Shown here piece after piece: positions 24,101-37,169 of a stretch of 64,000 nucleotides of DNA. How positions within the stretch are numbered: position 1 is the first letter of the stretch; the number at the start of each line of letters is the position of its first letter. Where the stretch lies: contig CATNEN010000032.1 of NCBI GenBank assembly GCA_950097015.1, positions 682,001 through 746,000 of the forward strand, given 5' to 3'. The notes below the pieces were generated by a model. It made no database searches. It saw nothing but the letters and a program-made list of their open reading frames with translations, and had not been told where the DNA came from. The stretch comes from Macrostomum hystrix. Its lineage: Eukaryota > Animalia > Platyhelminthes. Position numbers and translations under genes: made by a program.

Positions 24101-25757
24101 CAGTGACAATCCAGCGACCGTCAGGCGAGAATTTAACGCAGGTCAGGGGCTCGGTGTGACCCTTGTAGGTGTAGATGCAGCCCTTGCGCCTGATGTCCCA
24201 CAGCTAGAGAGAAAAAAGTGGAAAACTATTTTCACTATAAAAATAAGCATTTGCTAGCTAAATAACTACAAATGTGTCAGACACCCAATATAGGTAGACT
24301 TTTGCTAATGCTAATATTAAGCTTTCTAGCTTTGTGATTCAGTTTAAAATCCACAAACTTGTAGTTGCGCTAATCTCGAGCTCTTATCCGCTAATCTGCC
24401 AAACTCTAGCTCTAGACCTGCCAATCTCTAGCTCTAGACCTGCCAATCTCTAGCTCTAGACCTGCCAATCTCTAGCTCTAGACCTGCCAATCTCTAGCTC
24501 TAGACCTGCCAATCTCTAGCTCTAGACCTGCCAATCTCTAGCTCTAGACCTGCCAATCTCTAGCTCTAGACCTGCCAATCTCTAGCTCTAGACCTGCCAA
24601 TCTCTAGCTCTAGACCTGCCAATCTCTAGCTCTAGACCTGCCAATCTCTAGCTCTAGACCTGCCAATCTCTAGCTCTAGACCTGCCAATCTCTAGCTCTA
24701 GACCTGCCAATCTCTAGCTCTAGACCTGCCAATCTCTAGCTCTAGACCTGCCAATCTCTAGCTCTAGACCTGCCAATCTCTAGCTCTAGACCTGCCAATC
24801 TCTAGCTCTAGACCTGCCAATCTCTAGCTCTAGACCTGCCAATCTCTAGCTCTAGACCTGCCAATCTCTAGCTCTAGACCTGCCAATCTCTAGCTCTAGA
24901 CCTGCCAATCTCTAGCTCTAGACCTGCCAATCTCTAGCTCTAGACCTGCCAATCTCTAGCTCTAGACCTGCCAATCTCTAGCTCTAGACCTGCCAATCTC
25001 TAGCTCTAGACCTGCCAATCTCTAGCTCTAGACCTGCCAATCTCTAGCTCTAGACCTGCCAATCTCTAGCTCTAGACCTGCCAATCTCTAGCTCTAGACC
25101 TGCCAATCTCTAGCTCTAGACCTGCCAATCTCTAGCTCTAGACCTGCCAATCTCTAGCTCTAGGTCTGCCAATCTCTAGCTCTAGACCTGCCAATCTCTA
25201 GCTCTAAATCCACTAATCTCTAACTCTAAATCCACTAATCTCTAACTCTAAATCCACTAATCTCTAACTCTAAATCCACTAATCTCTAACTCTAAATCCA
25301 CTAATCTCTAACTCTAAATTAGAGATCTATAATCTCTAGCTATAGATCTGCGAATTTTCAGCTCTAGAAGCACTACTAGATTAAACCTGCTAGATTAGAC
25401 CTACTTTAGCACTGCCATCCGCGCATCCAGAGACAGCGAAGTCTCCGAAGGGATGCAGATCCAGACAGCTGACGGCAGCCTTGTGACCGGACAGAGAGCG
25501 CATCAGTTTAGCCTCATTTAAATCCCAGATTTTGATGACGCCAGACAGTGAACCGGCCGCCAGCTTGTCCTCCTTTGCATTGAATCTCAGCGACTCAACT
25601 GAAGCAGTGTGGCCAGCTAGGCTCATGATGCAGGAGGTGCGGCCGACTACCCAGAGCTTCACCATCTTGTCATCGCCACCAGTGGCCAAGATGGAGCCAG
25701 TGAGCTGGCCGAGGCTCAGGCAGGTGACAGAGCCGGGTGTGTGAGCCACGCATTCAG
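21129..25757 (-). CDS. KATNB1: Katanin p80 WD40 subunit B1, first coding exon not located
   Basis: Exons 25757-25405, 24203-24078, 24006-23646, 23055-22573, 22475-22252, 21701-21129; all GT-AG with compatible phases. WD40s ([38 protein letters not shown]), SDFLP motif and con80 domain ([27 protein letters not shown]). Confidence 0.95.
23150..23465. repeat. 21-bp intronic minisatellite (ctgataaactcaacagcaaac / cccataaactctacagctaaa)
   Basis: Drifting unit inside a KATNB1 intron. It explains ORF 22920..23324. Confidence 0.85.
24404..25320. repeat. 22-bp intronic minisatellite (tctagctctagacctgccaatc)n grading into (tctaactctaaatccactaatc)n
   Basis: About 36 near-perfect units followed by ~5 variant units. 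Confidence 0.95.
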
Positions 25758-25778
25758 CTGGTGGGTTGGTTTAGGTTT

Positions 25779-27331
25779 GGTTGGTCTAGACAACCCGTGT
25801 CTTAACAGTGCATCAGGACAGGTAAATTTTTAACCTTAATAGTGACTTGTTCATCTGCTAAGCTGTAACTAATTATGATATAATAGCAAAATTTTGCAGC
25901 ATTAATATTAAATACTGATTCTTGGCCAGTATTAAAGAATAAATTTTCAAATTCATAGGCTTTTGTAATTACTAACACTTGGTATAGCAAAGCTAAAACA
26001 GAAGAGTTTCCTTGATACCTTGATACCTTGGCTACCTTATTTTAGTTTTCTTTATAAGATTTGATTAAAGTTTTTGAATATATGGTCACAAATAAAATAA
26101 ATCATGTTAAACTAGTTCATCATATTTTTGTCAAGACTTGATGCACAGTTCACAGTGCAGAAAAGCAGATTTGTAAAGAGGTTATATATTGTTGGATGGC
26201 ACTTTCTTAACTATGGCTCTAAAGCAGAGTGGCTGTTAACAAAAATAGGTTTAGAAAGAAAAAAGTAAAATACTTGTCACCAAACTGTGTCTCCCTGTCA
26301 CAAAAAACCTATGAATTTGAACATTTATTCTTTAATACTTGCCAAGACTGCAAAAATTATTTAAAAAGAATGCTAATAAATTTTTGCTCTTCTATCATAG
26401 TTTTTTACAACTTAGCAGATAAACAAGTCACTATTAAGGTTAAAAATTTGGCAGAGCTTATTCCCACAGTCCTGTGCCGATAATTTCAATTTTATCCACA
26501 TGGATCCGTGACAATAATTTCCTGCTTATCCTCAGGGCAGCTTGTATGAATAGGTCTACAACTAAGAAAATTGTCCAGCAAAAGCATTGGGACACTGTTT
26601 TAACTCTCAAGAATTTAACGCCTAAGTCCGAAGGACACACAATTGTAACGATTCACAGAGGAAAGCGAAGAACTAGTTAACATGCTTTTGTTGAGTTTCT
26701 GAAACCTTATTTTTGTACAGTAACAAGTCAGTAGTATCATTTGCGCTTGTGCATCATATCATATTTATACTTTTACTTTGGCGCACAGGCGCACATTTCA
26801 AGCGCCTGTGCAATACAAATGTTTTAACTGTTGTAACAGTTAAAAATGTTGTACAAATGTCAGCGCGATTCTACATGCAATTGTTAGCAACGTTACATAT
26901 TATTCGAAATTAATGATTATTCAAAATCTAATGTGTGCATTGCTCGTAATTAAAAGAGGCCCTACTACAGGTAACTGCAGGTTCTGGAAAACATGTATGA
27001 CCAGTTGTATATAGTACATGAAAATTGCTACACAGTTCCTGTAAAATACGTGCTTTAAGTTCTTAAAGTTATCAAAAAAACAAGCTGCTGTGTGGACAGG
27101 CAGAGAATTATCGGCACAGATCCATGTGGATAAAATTGAAATTAACGGCACGGCATATATAAAGAGTTGTAGACCAATTCATACAAGCTGCCATGTGGAT
27201 AAGCAGAAATTATCGGCACAGATCCATGTGGATAAAATTGAAAATATTGGCACGGGACCCTGGGAATAAGCACTTCCTAAAAATTTACCTGTCCTGATGC
27301 ACTGGTTAGACATTAGTTGTCTAGACCAACC
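25779..27331. mobile_element. Foldback-type non-autonomous element with long imperfect inverted repeats
   Basis: ggttggtctagacaac...cagtgcatcaggacaggtaaatttt at 25779-25830 mirrored at 27278-27331. Arms continue as 26450-26575 versus 27105-27275. No clear TSD. Confidence 0.65.
25834..26439. mobile_element. piggyBac-like MITE (606 bp)
   Basis: TTAA|ccttaatagtgactt...aagtcactattaagg|TTAA, with inverted similarity extending >100 bp. Confidence 0.75.
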
Positions 27332-28189
27332 AACCAACTTACAATCATATGCTTCATTATATTATGCCATAAAAATAGATATTTTGCCTAAGACCTAATT
27401 ATAAGCCACCCTTCTATTGGAATATCTGCAAAAATTGTGTAGACACACAACAGAGATGTTCTCAAATGTGTGACAAGCCCTGTAAGTTTTACCAAAGTAA
27501 AAGTAACAAAGAATTGCAAACAGAAAATAGTGAAAAATGTCAATGTGATCCTCAATGCACAACAAGTACAACAGGCTTGTTGAAAAATGTGATGGACAGT
27601 TGTCTTTAAGAAAGCAATATATTCCAATAATATAGCATAAATGCAACTAAATTAAATGCAACTTCTAGTACTTGTAGCTCAAAATAATTTTTAATATATA
27701 CAATTAGGCATAGACATACATTTAAAATAAGCAAAGAATTATTATGTGTCATAAATACTTACTAAGCTTCCAACATTTTTTTGCTTCAGTCATCTTTTCA
27801 TTTAATGTGGGATACCTTCAGTTTCAAATGTTTGGCTTGGTTCAGAACGGACAAAAAATGCAAGGATAAATGACGAACGTAAACCGATTACAGTTTCGAT
27901 AAATTATATGAGATTATAGACAATAACCTTCTTATTCTCCTAAATATATAATAAATAACAGAATAAATGTATTGTTCCAGTATAGTACGATAAAAATTGC
28001 AGAGGTATATATTTTTTTCTAAGAAAATAGTTGCTACTCAAAATGACTCACAAAAACCAAACGTTATAAGAAGTTTTTATATGTAAAAACGTTGCTTGCG
28101 AAAAAGTTTAGTATAAGCAGTAATACTAATTAGTTGATAAGAAAAAAATATTCATTTAATTATGGTTTTACTAATGAAAAGGAGTCAGT

Positions 28190-28870
28190 GGGCAGGCTGC
28201 TTCTAATGTGCCTTCTAACACCCGTGTTGACAGAGATAGGGTCTAAGAAACGGTAATCGAACATGCGCGACGGTCTGCTAATAGGCAACTGCGACCGTCG
28301 CGCATCTTCGATGTAGCCTAAGAGTCGTCGACACGGCTGTTTCTAATGTCCTCTCGTTGTGCCTTCAAAGGTTAGCGACTTCTCTTCTTCTTGCGCTTAG
28401 GTTACCTTAGGATTCTAAGATGCGTGTGGCTAGGAGTATGCGGCTTAACATCGGGAGCAAGCAGATGCCCCGGTAGTTGTTCAAGTTTTTACGATCTCTT
28501 GTAGAGGTTTATTGCTTCTCGCTACCTTCCAACTTCCAGGCTTTGTGGTTAAACAGGTAGCGGATGTGTTCCAGCAGTAAGATCTTAACCTCTTCTGGTG
28601 CCACCTTCAAATACCGCAGGCGGAGCTCATCTTCCCCTGGGCTTTTGTCCTTCATTCCTCGGATGGTTTTGTCTATTTCCGAGTCTGTGGGTTCGCGTGT
28701 GAGCTAGGCACGGTCAGCAACTTTACGCGTGTAGCTGCTGGCTTCGTCTCGTCTCCTGGTTTCGGGATGCTGATTACATGATTGTGGAGCGCTGCATCTC
28801 CTGTTTCCGTGCGGTCCTTTTGCACCATGAATCATTCGATTTCTCCGTGGACTTTGGCTGCAGTTCAGAC
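28190..28870 (-). mobile_element. Non-LTR retrotransposon RT fragment (RTE-like)
   Basis: EPTDSEIDKTIRGMKDKSPGEDEL and NNYRGICLLPMLSRIL recognisable with stops and frameshifts. Confidence 0.7.
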
Positions 28871-28917
28871 TTATGCTTTTCCCCCTTTCACCGGGCAGTA
28901 CACGCTAATCTGCAGTA

Positions 28918-29287
28918 GTGTGGGTGTTCTACATCTGAGTGTGGGTGTTCTACATCTGAGTGTGGGTGTTCTACATCTGAGTGTGGGTGTTCTACATCTG
29001 AGTGTGGGTGTTCTACATCTGAGTGTGGGTGTTCTACATCTGAGTGTGGGTGTTCTACATCTGAGTGTGGGTGTTCTACATCTGAGTGTGGGTGTTCTAC
29101 ATCTGAGTGTGGGTGTTCTACATCTGAGTGTGGGTGTTCTACATCTGAGTGTGGGTGTTCTACATCTGAGTGTGGGTGTTCTACATCTGAGTGTGGGTGT
29201 TCTACATCTGAGTGTGGGTGTTCTACATCTGAGTGTGGGTGTTCTACATCTGAGTGTGGGTGTTCTACATCTGAGTGTTCTACATCT
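28918..29287. repeat. 21-bp minisatellite (gtgtgggtgttctacatctga)n
   Basis: About 17 perfect units. It explains ORFs 28782..29345 and 28871..29317. Confidence 0.95.
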
Positions 29288-29754
29288 TTTTGCCTGGAGG
29301 CTGGGCCTCCTGTCCACTGACCACCTCGTTAAAAAGCCAGTTTAAATAAGTTTAAGGCATTTTGATTTGTAACCTCGCTTTATTTCGTAATTATTTTTAC
29401 ACATTTACACTAGCCGTATGTCTTCTTCGTGACACAAACATTTTGTCACCTCGTGATTAGCGATTCTGTGATCAGAATCACCTTTGTTTTTTTCTAGTTG
29501 TTCCCTCAACCCCTCGCCTTGCAGTCTCAATCTTCGTGCCAATGCTGAACTTGTTTTCTGATGACCTTATTTAGTCACAATATAAAAATTTTGTTTCGTT
29601 CAAACGTTAATTTTCATTTTCGTACCTATTTAAACAGATCTGATCGTATATAACAGACTTTCCCTTTTCCTAGAATTCTTTGTTCCTTTCTTTTCGTATC
29701 TTCGTTTTTCTCTGCGCCACCCCCTTTTCGTAAACCTTTTAGATTTTTCCTTTT

Positions 29755-29895
29755 AAATCTATTGGCTGTTGCGTACCTAACGACCCTCAACCCAATCGCG
29801 CGTTAGTGGCTTTCGTACCCCACTGGCGCGTTGTGATTGGTTGGGTGGTCGACTGCTCTCTTAATGACCCCGCCATTTTCCCCCGCCGTTTTTTT
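29755..29895. promoter_or_regulatory. Candidate promoter: clustered CCAAT boxes plus YY1-like CCGCCATTTT
   Basis: attggctg (29761), cccaatc (29790), gattggtt (29835), ccgccatttt (29870) in a locally GC-rich island. Owner unknown. Confidence 0.35.
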
Positions 29896-32800
29896 CTACT
29901 AATTTACTTCACTCTTGCAAAAATGCAGTAAACGAAAACTTTTCGTTTCTTCTTTTTGCCAGAATTAAAATTCTGCGCACACGGCTACATTCGCGACCAC
30001 GCTATAGTTAAGTACACACTGTGAGAGATACAATTCAGACTACTGACAACAGTAGAAAAGCAAAGACTTAATGGCTGCAAAACTCTCACATAACACTAAA
30101 AAGTATCGCCATAAAAATGGCAAGGTTAAAAGAGACTTCTGTGCACACTAAGAGTGGTGGGAGAGGACGGCGTGTGGCTATGGCTGACTGACGAAGGCAA
30201 ACAAGCCAGAAACCGGTCTCGGTCTGCCAGCGCGAGGTTCGTTCCCCACTTTTAGTGTGTTACACACACCATGCAAAACGACGGCTACCTGGAGCTATGA
30301 TGAAGACGCGTCAGACGAGTCAATGAACCCGACGAATCCTCTATGTCAGAGTCCAATCCGTTTCTGACTGTGTCAACCGCCAGCACGAACCTCTTCCTAA
30401 TAGGCTGCGACTTCCTCACGGCGCACAACGTCTCAGTCTGTGACGTATCGGGACTTGGCCCAAAGTAACGAAGGCGAGGCTGTGTAGCGGTAGCACTTTT
30501 GTTTGACACGGTAGAACGATGTCGGTACAACACCGGCGATGATAGCTTCTAGTTTATTATTGATATGACTGTACTGATAGGGGTTCCGTTATCAGTCGGA
30601 CCGTAATGGCAGTATTGGGAGTGCACTAGACGGCTACGCAACAAAATGGGTAACTATAAATTTAGCAATATGACGAAGTAGCCAGGATATCAATGTATTG
30701 AGGCTGCCAGAGCTAGGCGAGAATCCAAATGGCGATGATACCGAACAATGAACCGAGGCGAGAGAAAGGGTGACGATACTACCGCGGCGATAAAGCGAAC
30801 TGTGGCGGTGGCGTGATCGAGTAGCTGCTGTACTTCTGGCTGATGAGATAACGAGACGAGAATTGGCGGAATAGAGATGGCAAAGTGACTTGCTACGACT
30901 ACAAAAACCACTAACCCCCACTAACCACTAACCACTGGCTGGGTAGCCAAACCAACCTAAACTGATAACGAGCGGGCGGGGGGCGCACAGCAGAGTCTTA
31001 ATTATCGGCACGCATAAAATATGCACAGCCCTCTCATTGGCTGGCACGGAAAAACACATTGACCTTACAGCCAGGCTCATAATTATTGATTAAATTGTAA
31101 ACACGTGTCCGGTCGCGTTACGCAATTTAAGATGAATTCGTACTCTAACGTTTACTAATAGTACCGCGTAACGAAAAGAAAAAAAGGCTTAAATTAAAAA
31201 AACGTGCTATTGTTAAAACCGCCTCGATCCCTCGGGGCCACCGACACCTGACAACGTCACACAGTCCATCTACAGGCAGGCTGCATCACCTTCAACAGTG
31301 CGGCGTCTCGATCCTGACTCGGAAGACTAAGGAGGCGGCCCAAACTGCTGGGTCGTATCAGCAGCATCCGTGGAACTGCAGCCATGAGAGCGCTGGATCG
31401 TCCCTGCCAGGCGAGCTGTGTCAGCCGAATGGACGCGATCGGGAGCGCCAGGGATCATCAGCGGTGCTAGGTCACAGTATCTGCTCGTTGGGCGTTGCGT
31501 TTCGAAACTCTCTGACAGCGGCAGGCGCCTAGCAGTTATCAAAATCGGCGAGAGGCCTGTCAGCATCCACGAGCAAGACATCCCCGGCAGCTGCTAACAC
31601 ACGATTAGGTGAGGGTCGTTAAACACGCAACAGCCAATCAGAATTAAGGGAAAATCAGGAAGGCTTTCGCAAAGGGGCCTTCCTTTTTTCATTTTAATTC
31701 CGACTGGGTTTTAAAGCTCCGATGAAGGCACGCAAAATATTATAGCTGCACTTAACATAAGATAGTGTATGATCATTACTCAAATGTAGCTATAGCCAAT
31801 GTACATTCTCACTTATTCCACATTTCGATCACTCCAGTTTCTCATAATGACTCTGCCCTTTCTTAACTCTTCACTGACTCTCTAATAGATGGAACACATG
31901 AACTTGTGTATAGCCCACAGTCCGAAAGGTGGCCTGTTCGGCGAAAATTTGAGTCTTAAATGGCGGTTTGCACACTTGACGTACATTCAAACATAAATCA
32001 AGTTGGCGTACAAACCAGCTTCGACCTGGCATGTAGACGTAAAGCATAGCTATCCTCTTGGCGTGTGCAAGCACCAAGTCGCGAGTGAACTTACGTGACT
32101 GTTCAATGAAATGAATAAGTCTTGCTTCAAAAAATGCGCCGGCACTTAAATAAATTATGATAATTACGTAAAACAAATATATGCTATATTTTTATAAAAA
32201 AAAATAGAAAAAAATTTCATGTTACCAAAACTTTTTTCTTTTTTAAAATTAATGTTACTAAAAATGTGATTTTTGCTTTTAAATTGGCATTTTTTATTTG
32301 CTTTCTTTCGTTTTGAACACGAAGATATAGTTGAACTTTTTAGCATTGATGCATTCGCTGAGATTATTATGTTATGTTTATTTGCCGACAAGTAACTGAG
32401 TGACGAAGCAGACGAACTAAGACGACAAACTTAACTGAGCGACTTGATCCCTGAGAACGCCCCCAGAAAAGACGTGCAAAAGTGTTTAAATTATCAGCAG
32501 CTTAAATATTAGCATAACAAAGTATTAACATTAAAATACAGAAGATGGTTTGAATAATAGGCGGACATACATTATAAATTATGATTTAGTTTAACAATCG
32601 CACTGTTTTTAGGGAAAGGGAAAATTTCATTACATTGTCTATCGGCTTACACTTGAGGCTTCATAGCAGTGAACTTTTTTGGGAGTTGGCTTACAGGAGA
32701 AGTTCTTGGCGTACAATAAAAAAGGAAATTTTAGTTCGGCGTACACCATGCCATGATCCGGACTATGGTCTATTGCAAATTATCATAGACATTTGTCTTC

Positions 32801-33384
32801 ATTCTAATAGGCCTAGCCAGTTGTCCTCGGTGAGTCTTGAATATTTCACATCCAAACTTTTCAGTTTCTCAAATCTCTGCACTCTTATCTCTTCACTGTC
32901 TCTCTTATGTTACACAATACACAAAAACTAGCATATAGTATATTTTGTTGGATTCCATGCATTTCGGTGACAGGGCTTTTCGGTACAGTGCATTTCGGTA
33001 CCAGTCAGTGCTTTTCGGTACCGCTGAATTATAGTAGTAGTTCTAGTGGTAGTAGTAGATATTTTGGCACAGGTAAACAATCTGCTAAGCCAAAATGATA
33101 CAATAATTTCGATTGATGCAATACTAGAAAAATGGAACGGTGCAAATGATAGTAGTGTCTCTAAAAATAAGCACAATGGGAACAAATAATGGGAGCTGAT
33201 CACGGAACAAAATTAGCTATTCCGTGAACATATTAACATTCTGAAACTTGATTTTGACATAAGGGATTTTTCATGCCCAGCTACTATAAGTAGAAGTTCC
33301 GGCGAATGAAATATGATAAATCTAGAGTCCACGTGGACTGAAGCGTACACTTTAAGCCCATCCCCACCCCCAGCCCATTCTTTA

Positions 33385-33513
33385 AGGCTCATTCACACCG
33401 CCATCAAACGAGCCATCAACTCGCACGCTTGATATACAAAGGGATGAAAAACTATGTACAAATCATACGAAATTTGTTGAAAACTGCCATTTGATGGCAG
33501 CGTGAATCGGCCT
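33385..33513. mobile_element. Harbinger/Tourist-like MITE (129 bp)
   Basis: TTA|aggctcattcacaccgccatcaaa...tttgatggcagcgtgaatcggcct|TTA. Confidence 0.75.
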
Positions 33514-33700
33514 TTAGTGGACATGAGCAAACATATACACAATGTATGTACTCTATGCAGCAATCATGACAATACACGCACATTGTCATGCATTTGACAG
33601 AGTATTGTACATGTAAATCTTTGCATCGAACTGTAAAACTGAATATATCGTTTTGAGTGCTGAGATGTGCATTTTATTTTAGTCGCTGTATTTTTTTGCA

Positions 33701-34965
33701 ATGGACAACTGTGTTGTCTGCCAAAAAGTAGTCCGTCATCGTCAAGAAGGATTGCAGTGCGATCATTGCGAACTATGGCAGCATCGAACATGCCAAAGTG
33801 GCGTGAGCCAAAAGCAGTACTGTCTGCTTAAACGTCGCGAAACCTTTGAGTACAGTTGCTCAGTTTGTCGCTTAAACACTCAGCAGCCAGCACTCCAGGA
33901 GCCTGTTGTCGAGCAGCCAGCACTCCAACAGCCTGTTGTCGAGCAACACATGGTACATCGATGGGACCTTTTCTGTTGTCAAGAAGCCATTCAAGCAGCT
34001 TTGGGGGATCCACGCGTTTCTGAGACCTGATGGCGAGACAGAGCAGGATGCGTCGAATGTGAAGCAGGTGCATGCCTGTTTTTAGTATTTTATTTTAATA
34101 TTCTAATCGTATCGTTACTACATGTATATTAATATACCGTACGTTTTCTGCAGGTGCCACTCGTTTTCGTTTTGATGTCCGGAAAAAAGTCGAAGGACTA
34201 CAGGGCAGTGCTGCAAGCCATTCGGAACCTATTGCCTGACACGGCGCATCCGTCCGTATTTGTCATGGACTTCGAAGCTGCTGCCTGGAAAGCAGCACGT
34301 CTCACGTTTCCTGACCTGCGAGTACATGGCTGTAGCTTTCACTGGACGCAAGCAGTCTTTCGCAAGATCCAAGCTCTTGGCTTGCAATCGGCATATTCTG
34401 AGGATGAAGCCATTCGCAAGCTCTGCCGAAAACTGATGGCATTGCACTATCTGCCCGCTTGCCACATGTCACAAATGCTTCAAGAACTGGAAGCCAGCAA
34501 TGTAAGACTATTAGTCAAAAATAATTTATGAGTTTTCAAAATAAGAAATGTATCCCCCACTTTTTCCTGCAGGTTGTGCAGACCGATTCCCGCTTGATCG
34601 CTGTCTGCGACTATATTCGCAGTACCTGGTTGTCAGCAGACAGTTTCTGGACTGCAGAAGACTTCAGCGTATTCGGCCGGGCCATTCGTTCCAACAATGA
34701 TGTCGAAGGGTACCACCGACGATTGAATGCCAAAGCTGGGCGCAGCACTCTACAGTTTTACGTTCTGCTAAAACTGCTCTCCTCTGAAGCGAGCACAATA
34801 CCAATGAATGCGCAGCTCGTCTCGAGGGGGGCCCTGCGACGCAAGAAGCGCGTTGCTTACTGCACAATGCAGGCTAACATACATAATGCCTGGGGACAGT
34901 TTTCTGAGGGCCTTCTGACTGTCAACCAGCTGCTGGCTACTTGCAGCCGCTTTGTCGGAAAATAA
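33701..34965 (+). pseudogene. PHD finger + MULE transposase C-terminal half
   Basis: C4-H-C3 PHD at 33701-33880. VKQ|VPLVFVLM, MDFEAAAW, GCSFHWTQAV, RSNNDVEGYHRRLN. Introns 34068-34153 and 34502-34572. The region with the first catalytic Asp is absent. Confidence 0.82.
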
Positions 34966-35959
34966 CTGATACACGTCTGGCGGTTGCCTGGATCTTCTTT
35001 AGTTCCAGATCTTGTCTGGATGTATTTTAGCAATGACTTTTACAGGTGCATCTATCCCAATCGTTTTATCGTTTTCTCTTTAGAACTTCGTTGATATTGC
35101 TAATCAACTTGACTTTGACGCGTACAACTTTGTGCAACTTTGTGCATGGACAATTGACAATTTAAGGCATTGAGTGTCGTTACTAAACAGGAAAATCTTG
35201 TAACTGTATATGTACTGGAACGTTGCAGTACATTGTATTTCAGCAATGTCTTTTTGTCGTTCTCGTTAAAATATTAAAATATTCTCGTTAAAATATACCG
35301 TTAAAATATGTATTCACACGAATACAAACAGGGGAGCTAGTATAGTCTTTACTCTTTAATGCTTGACTATTTAAGGCACCGTTCGAAAAGCAGGTACCGA
35401 AATGCACTGTACCGAAAATTAAGTCACCGAAAAGCACTGACTGGTACCGAAATGCACCGTTTTGCTTCTTGAATGCAGCTAAAACTTTTTTGAAAAAACA
35501 GAAACAATTCAAAAATACCTTTTTGTATGTTTCTGGTTGGAATCAAATAAATATAGTAGACTTAGTAGAACTCTGCTGTTCAACAAAATATTATATTACA
35601 TTAGGCCAAAAAGTAAATGCTTTCAAAAACTTTTTAAAGCTTGAAGTGCCAATACCACCAATGCAGCAACAGCTACATAGATCTTGCTTGTTGAGATGCT
35701 AGGTTACAGTTGTTCTATGACATTGTTGACCTGACTAAAAGTAGCGTAAGTGTTTCTTGCAATTGTTATGTTAAATTTATTGCTATTGAACTTGAAAAAA
35801 TGCTCGCATTTTTGAATTACTCTAAATAGGTAGTCTTTATTGTTCTACTGCTCTATCATTTCCCAAAATGTATATATCAGGCATTAAGGCATTTTTCTGG
35901 ATTTCCACCCTTAATTCTTTTTGTGCATTTTTGTGTACAGTATAATACTCTGATCCAGT

Positions 35960-36840
35960 AGATGATGACCCTAAAGCTGTTGTATTCCTCAATATAGCTC
36001 TCAAATAACAAGTTGGGTATGCTATGCATGTTGTGTAGGTAGTTCTTAGCAAGTGCCCAGGTGCCCTCAATCATATATGCCAAACACTCATACCTGAAAA
36101 TTAGGTCACAATTGGGAAAAACTAAGTTGTAATCAGGAGGAACTAAGGTGCAATCAGGGGAAATAAGTAGCATTTGGGAAGAAGTAAGTGCAATCAAGAC
36201 AAACTAAGTCACAGTTGGGAGGAACTAAGTCATAATTAGGAAGAACTATGTTGTAATCAGGGGAAATAAGTCACAATCAAGGGAACTAAGTGAAATTCAA
36301 GCCCACACAAGGCCTATATATAAGAGTGCACAAGAGTATGTGTACACATTAGTTTGCCAGACAGTACAGTATAGAGAGTTGTAGCCTACTGCCTACAGGG
36401 TACAGGTTTCAGTGCAGTTCAGTATTGCACATGCCCACCTTGTGTGCCAACCCCCCTTGTCCTTTAGTGTGTTGGCTGTGGTGGCATATTGGTAAGTCAC
36501 AAATCTGGACAAAAAGTAAGTTGCACTACACAGGTGAAATTTTTTAAGTTGGGCATGTATGCCCTCAATGGTGTTGGTGTGCACCATGTTGTCATTCGAG
36601 TCAATGAAATGCAGCCAATGGTTGGCAGGCCCAGTAATTAGTCAGCTCTAGAAGTTGTGCCAGAAAAAGATGCACACTGGCAAAGAATGAGCCTCTACAA
36701 ATAGAGTGCTGGTGCTGACACTGATGGCAGTCCCAGGAATAGACATCTACATAGTTGGGCATCTACCAACAGTGGAGCCGCATGTAAATGTTGCAACACT
36801 TGCCATAGTCTGGATCATGTTGGCTGCACACCAGAAGAAA
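35960..36840 (-). pseudogene. Second, heavily decayed Merlin transposase
   Basis: YSWDCHQCQHQHSICRGSFF (compare YAWDCHQCRHQHSIWKGSFF at 16.9 kb), HF.D...MVHTNTIEG, IEGTWALAK and LFESYIEEY. Centre deleted; a degenerate ~22-bp array at 36105-36300. Confidence 0.75.
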
Positions 36841-37169
36841 ATTTATGAAATAATTGTTTGCACACGAAGGATGCAGAGTTTTTCAAATTGCACACTAGTG
36901 CACACCAACATGGCATATCAGGTAGCGCCGATGAAGGGGCAGTGTGATAGAGAATGTAGCTGATTATCAACTACTTTGCTGATGTTGTATTGTGCAGCTC
37001 TCGGGTCAGAAAAAATGGCATCCAATGCCCTTGGATGCCGAGCGTCACTGTCACCAGAATAATAGGTTTTAGCAGCCTTGTCTAAAAATTTCTCGCAGGC
37101 CTGGCTGCCTATGGGGGGATCATCCACTTCAGCTTGGAGCAAAGCTGAAGGGTACAGTTGGATTGTCCT

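Larger units (their letters stand above)
32955..35460 (+). mobile_element. Mutator-like element (MULE), internally deleted
   Basis: Both ends carry inverted arrays of (tgca/gct)tttcggtac subrepeats. Internal PHD finger and MULE transposase exons. TSD not resolved. Confidence 0.8.

Noticed and set aside
29800-29880. ATG at ~29876 (MAGSLREQ...) as the KATNB1 first exon
   Set aside because: It has no similarity to the KATNB1 N-terminus and no good phase-1 donor.
30240-31620. Gypsy LTR remnant with tRNA-Trp-like PBS (ggtggccccgag near 31235)
   Set aside because: The PBS match is degenerate, there are no TG..CA LTR ends, and no convincing gag/pol motifs.
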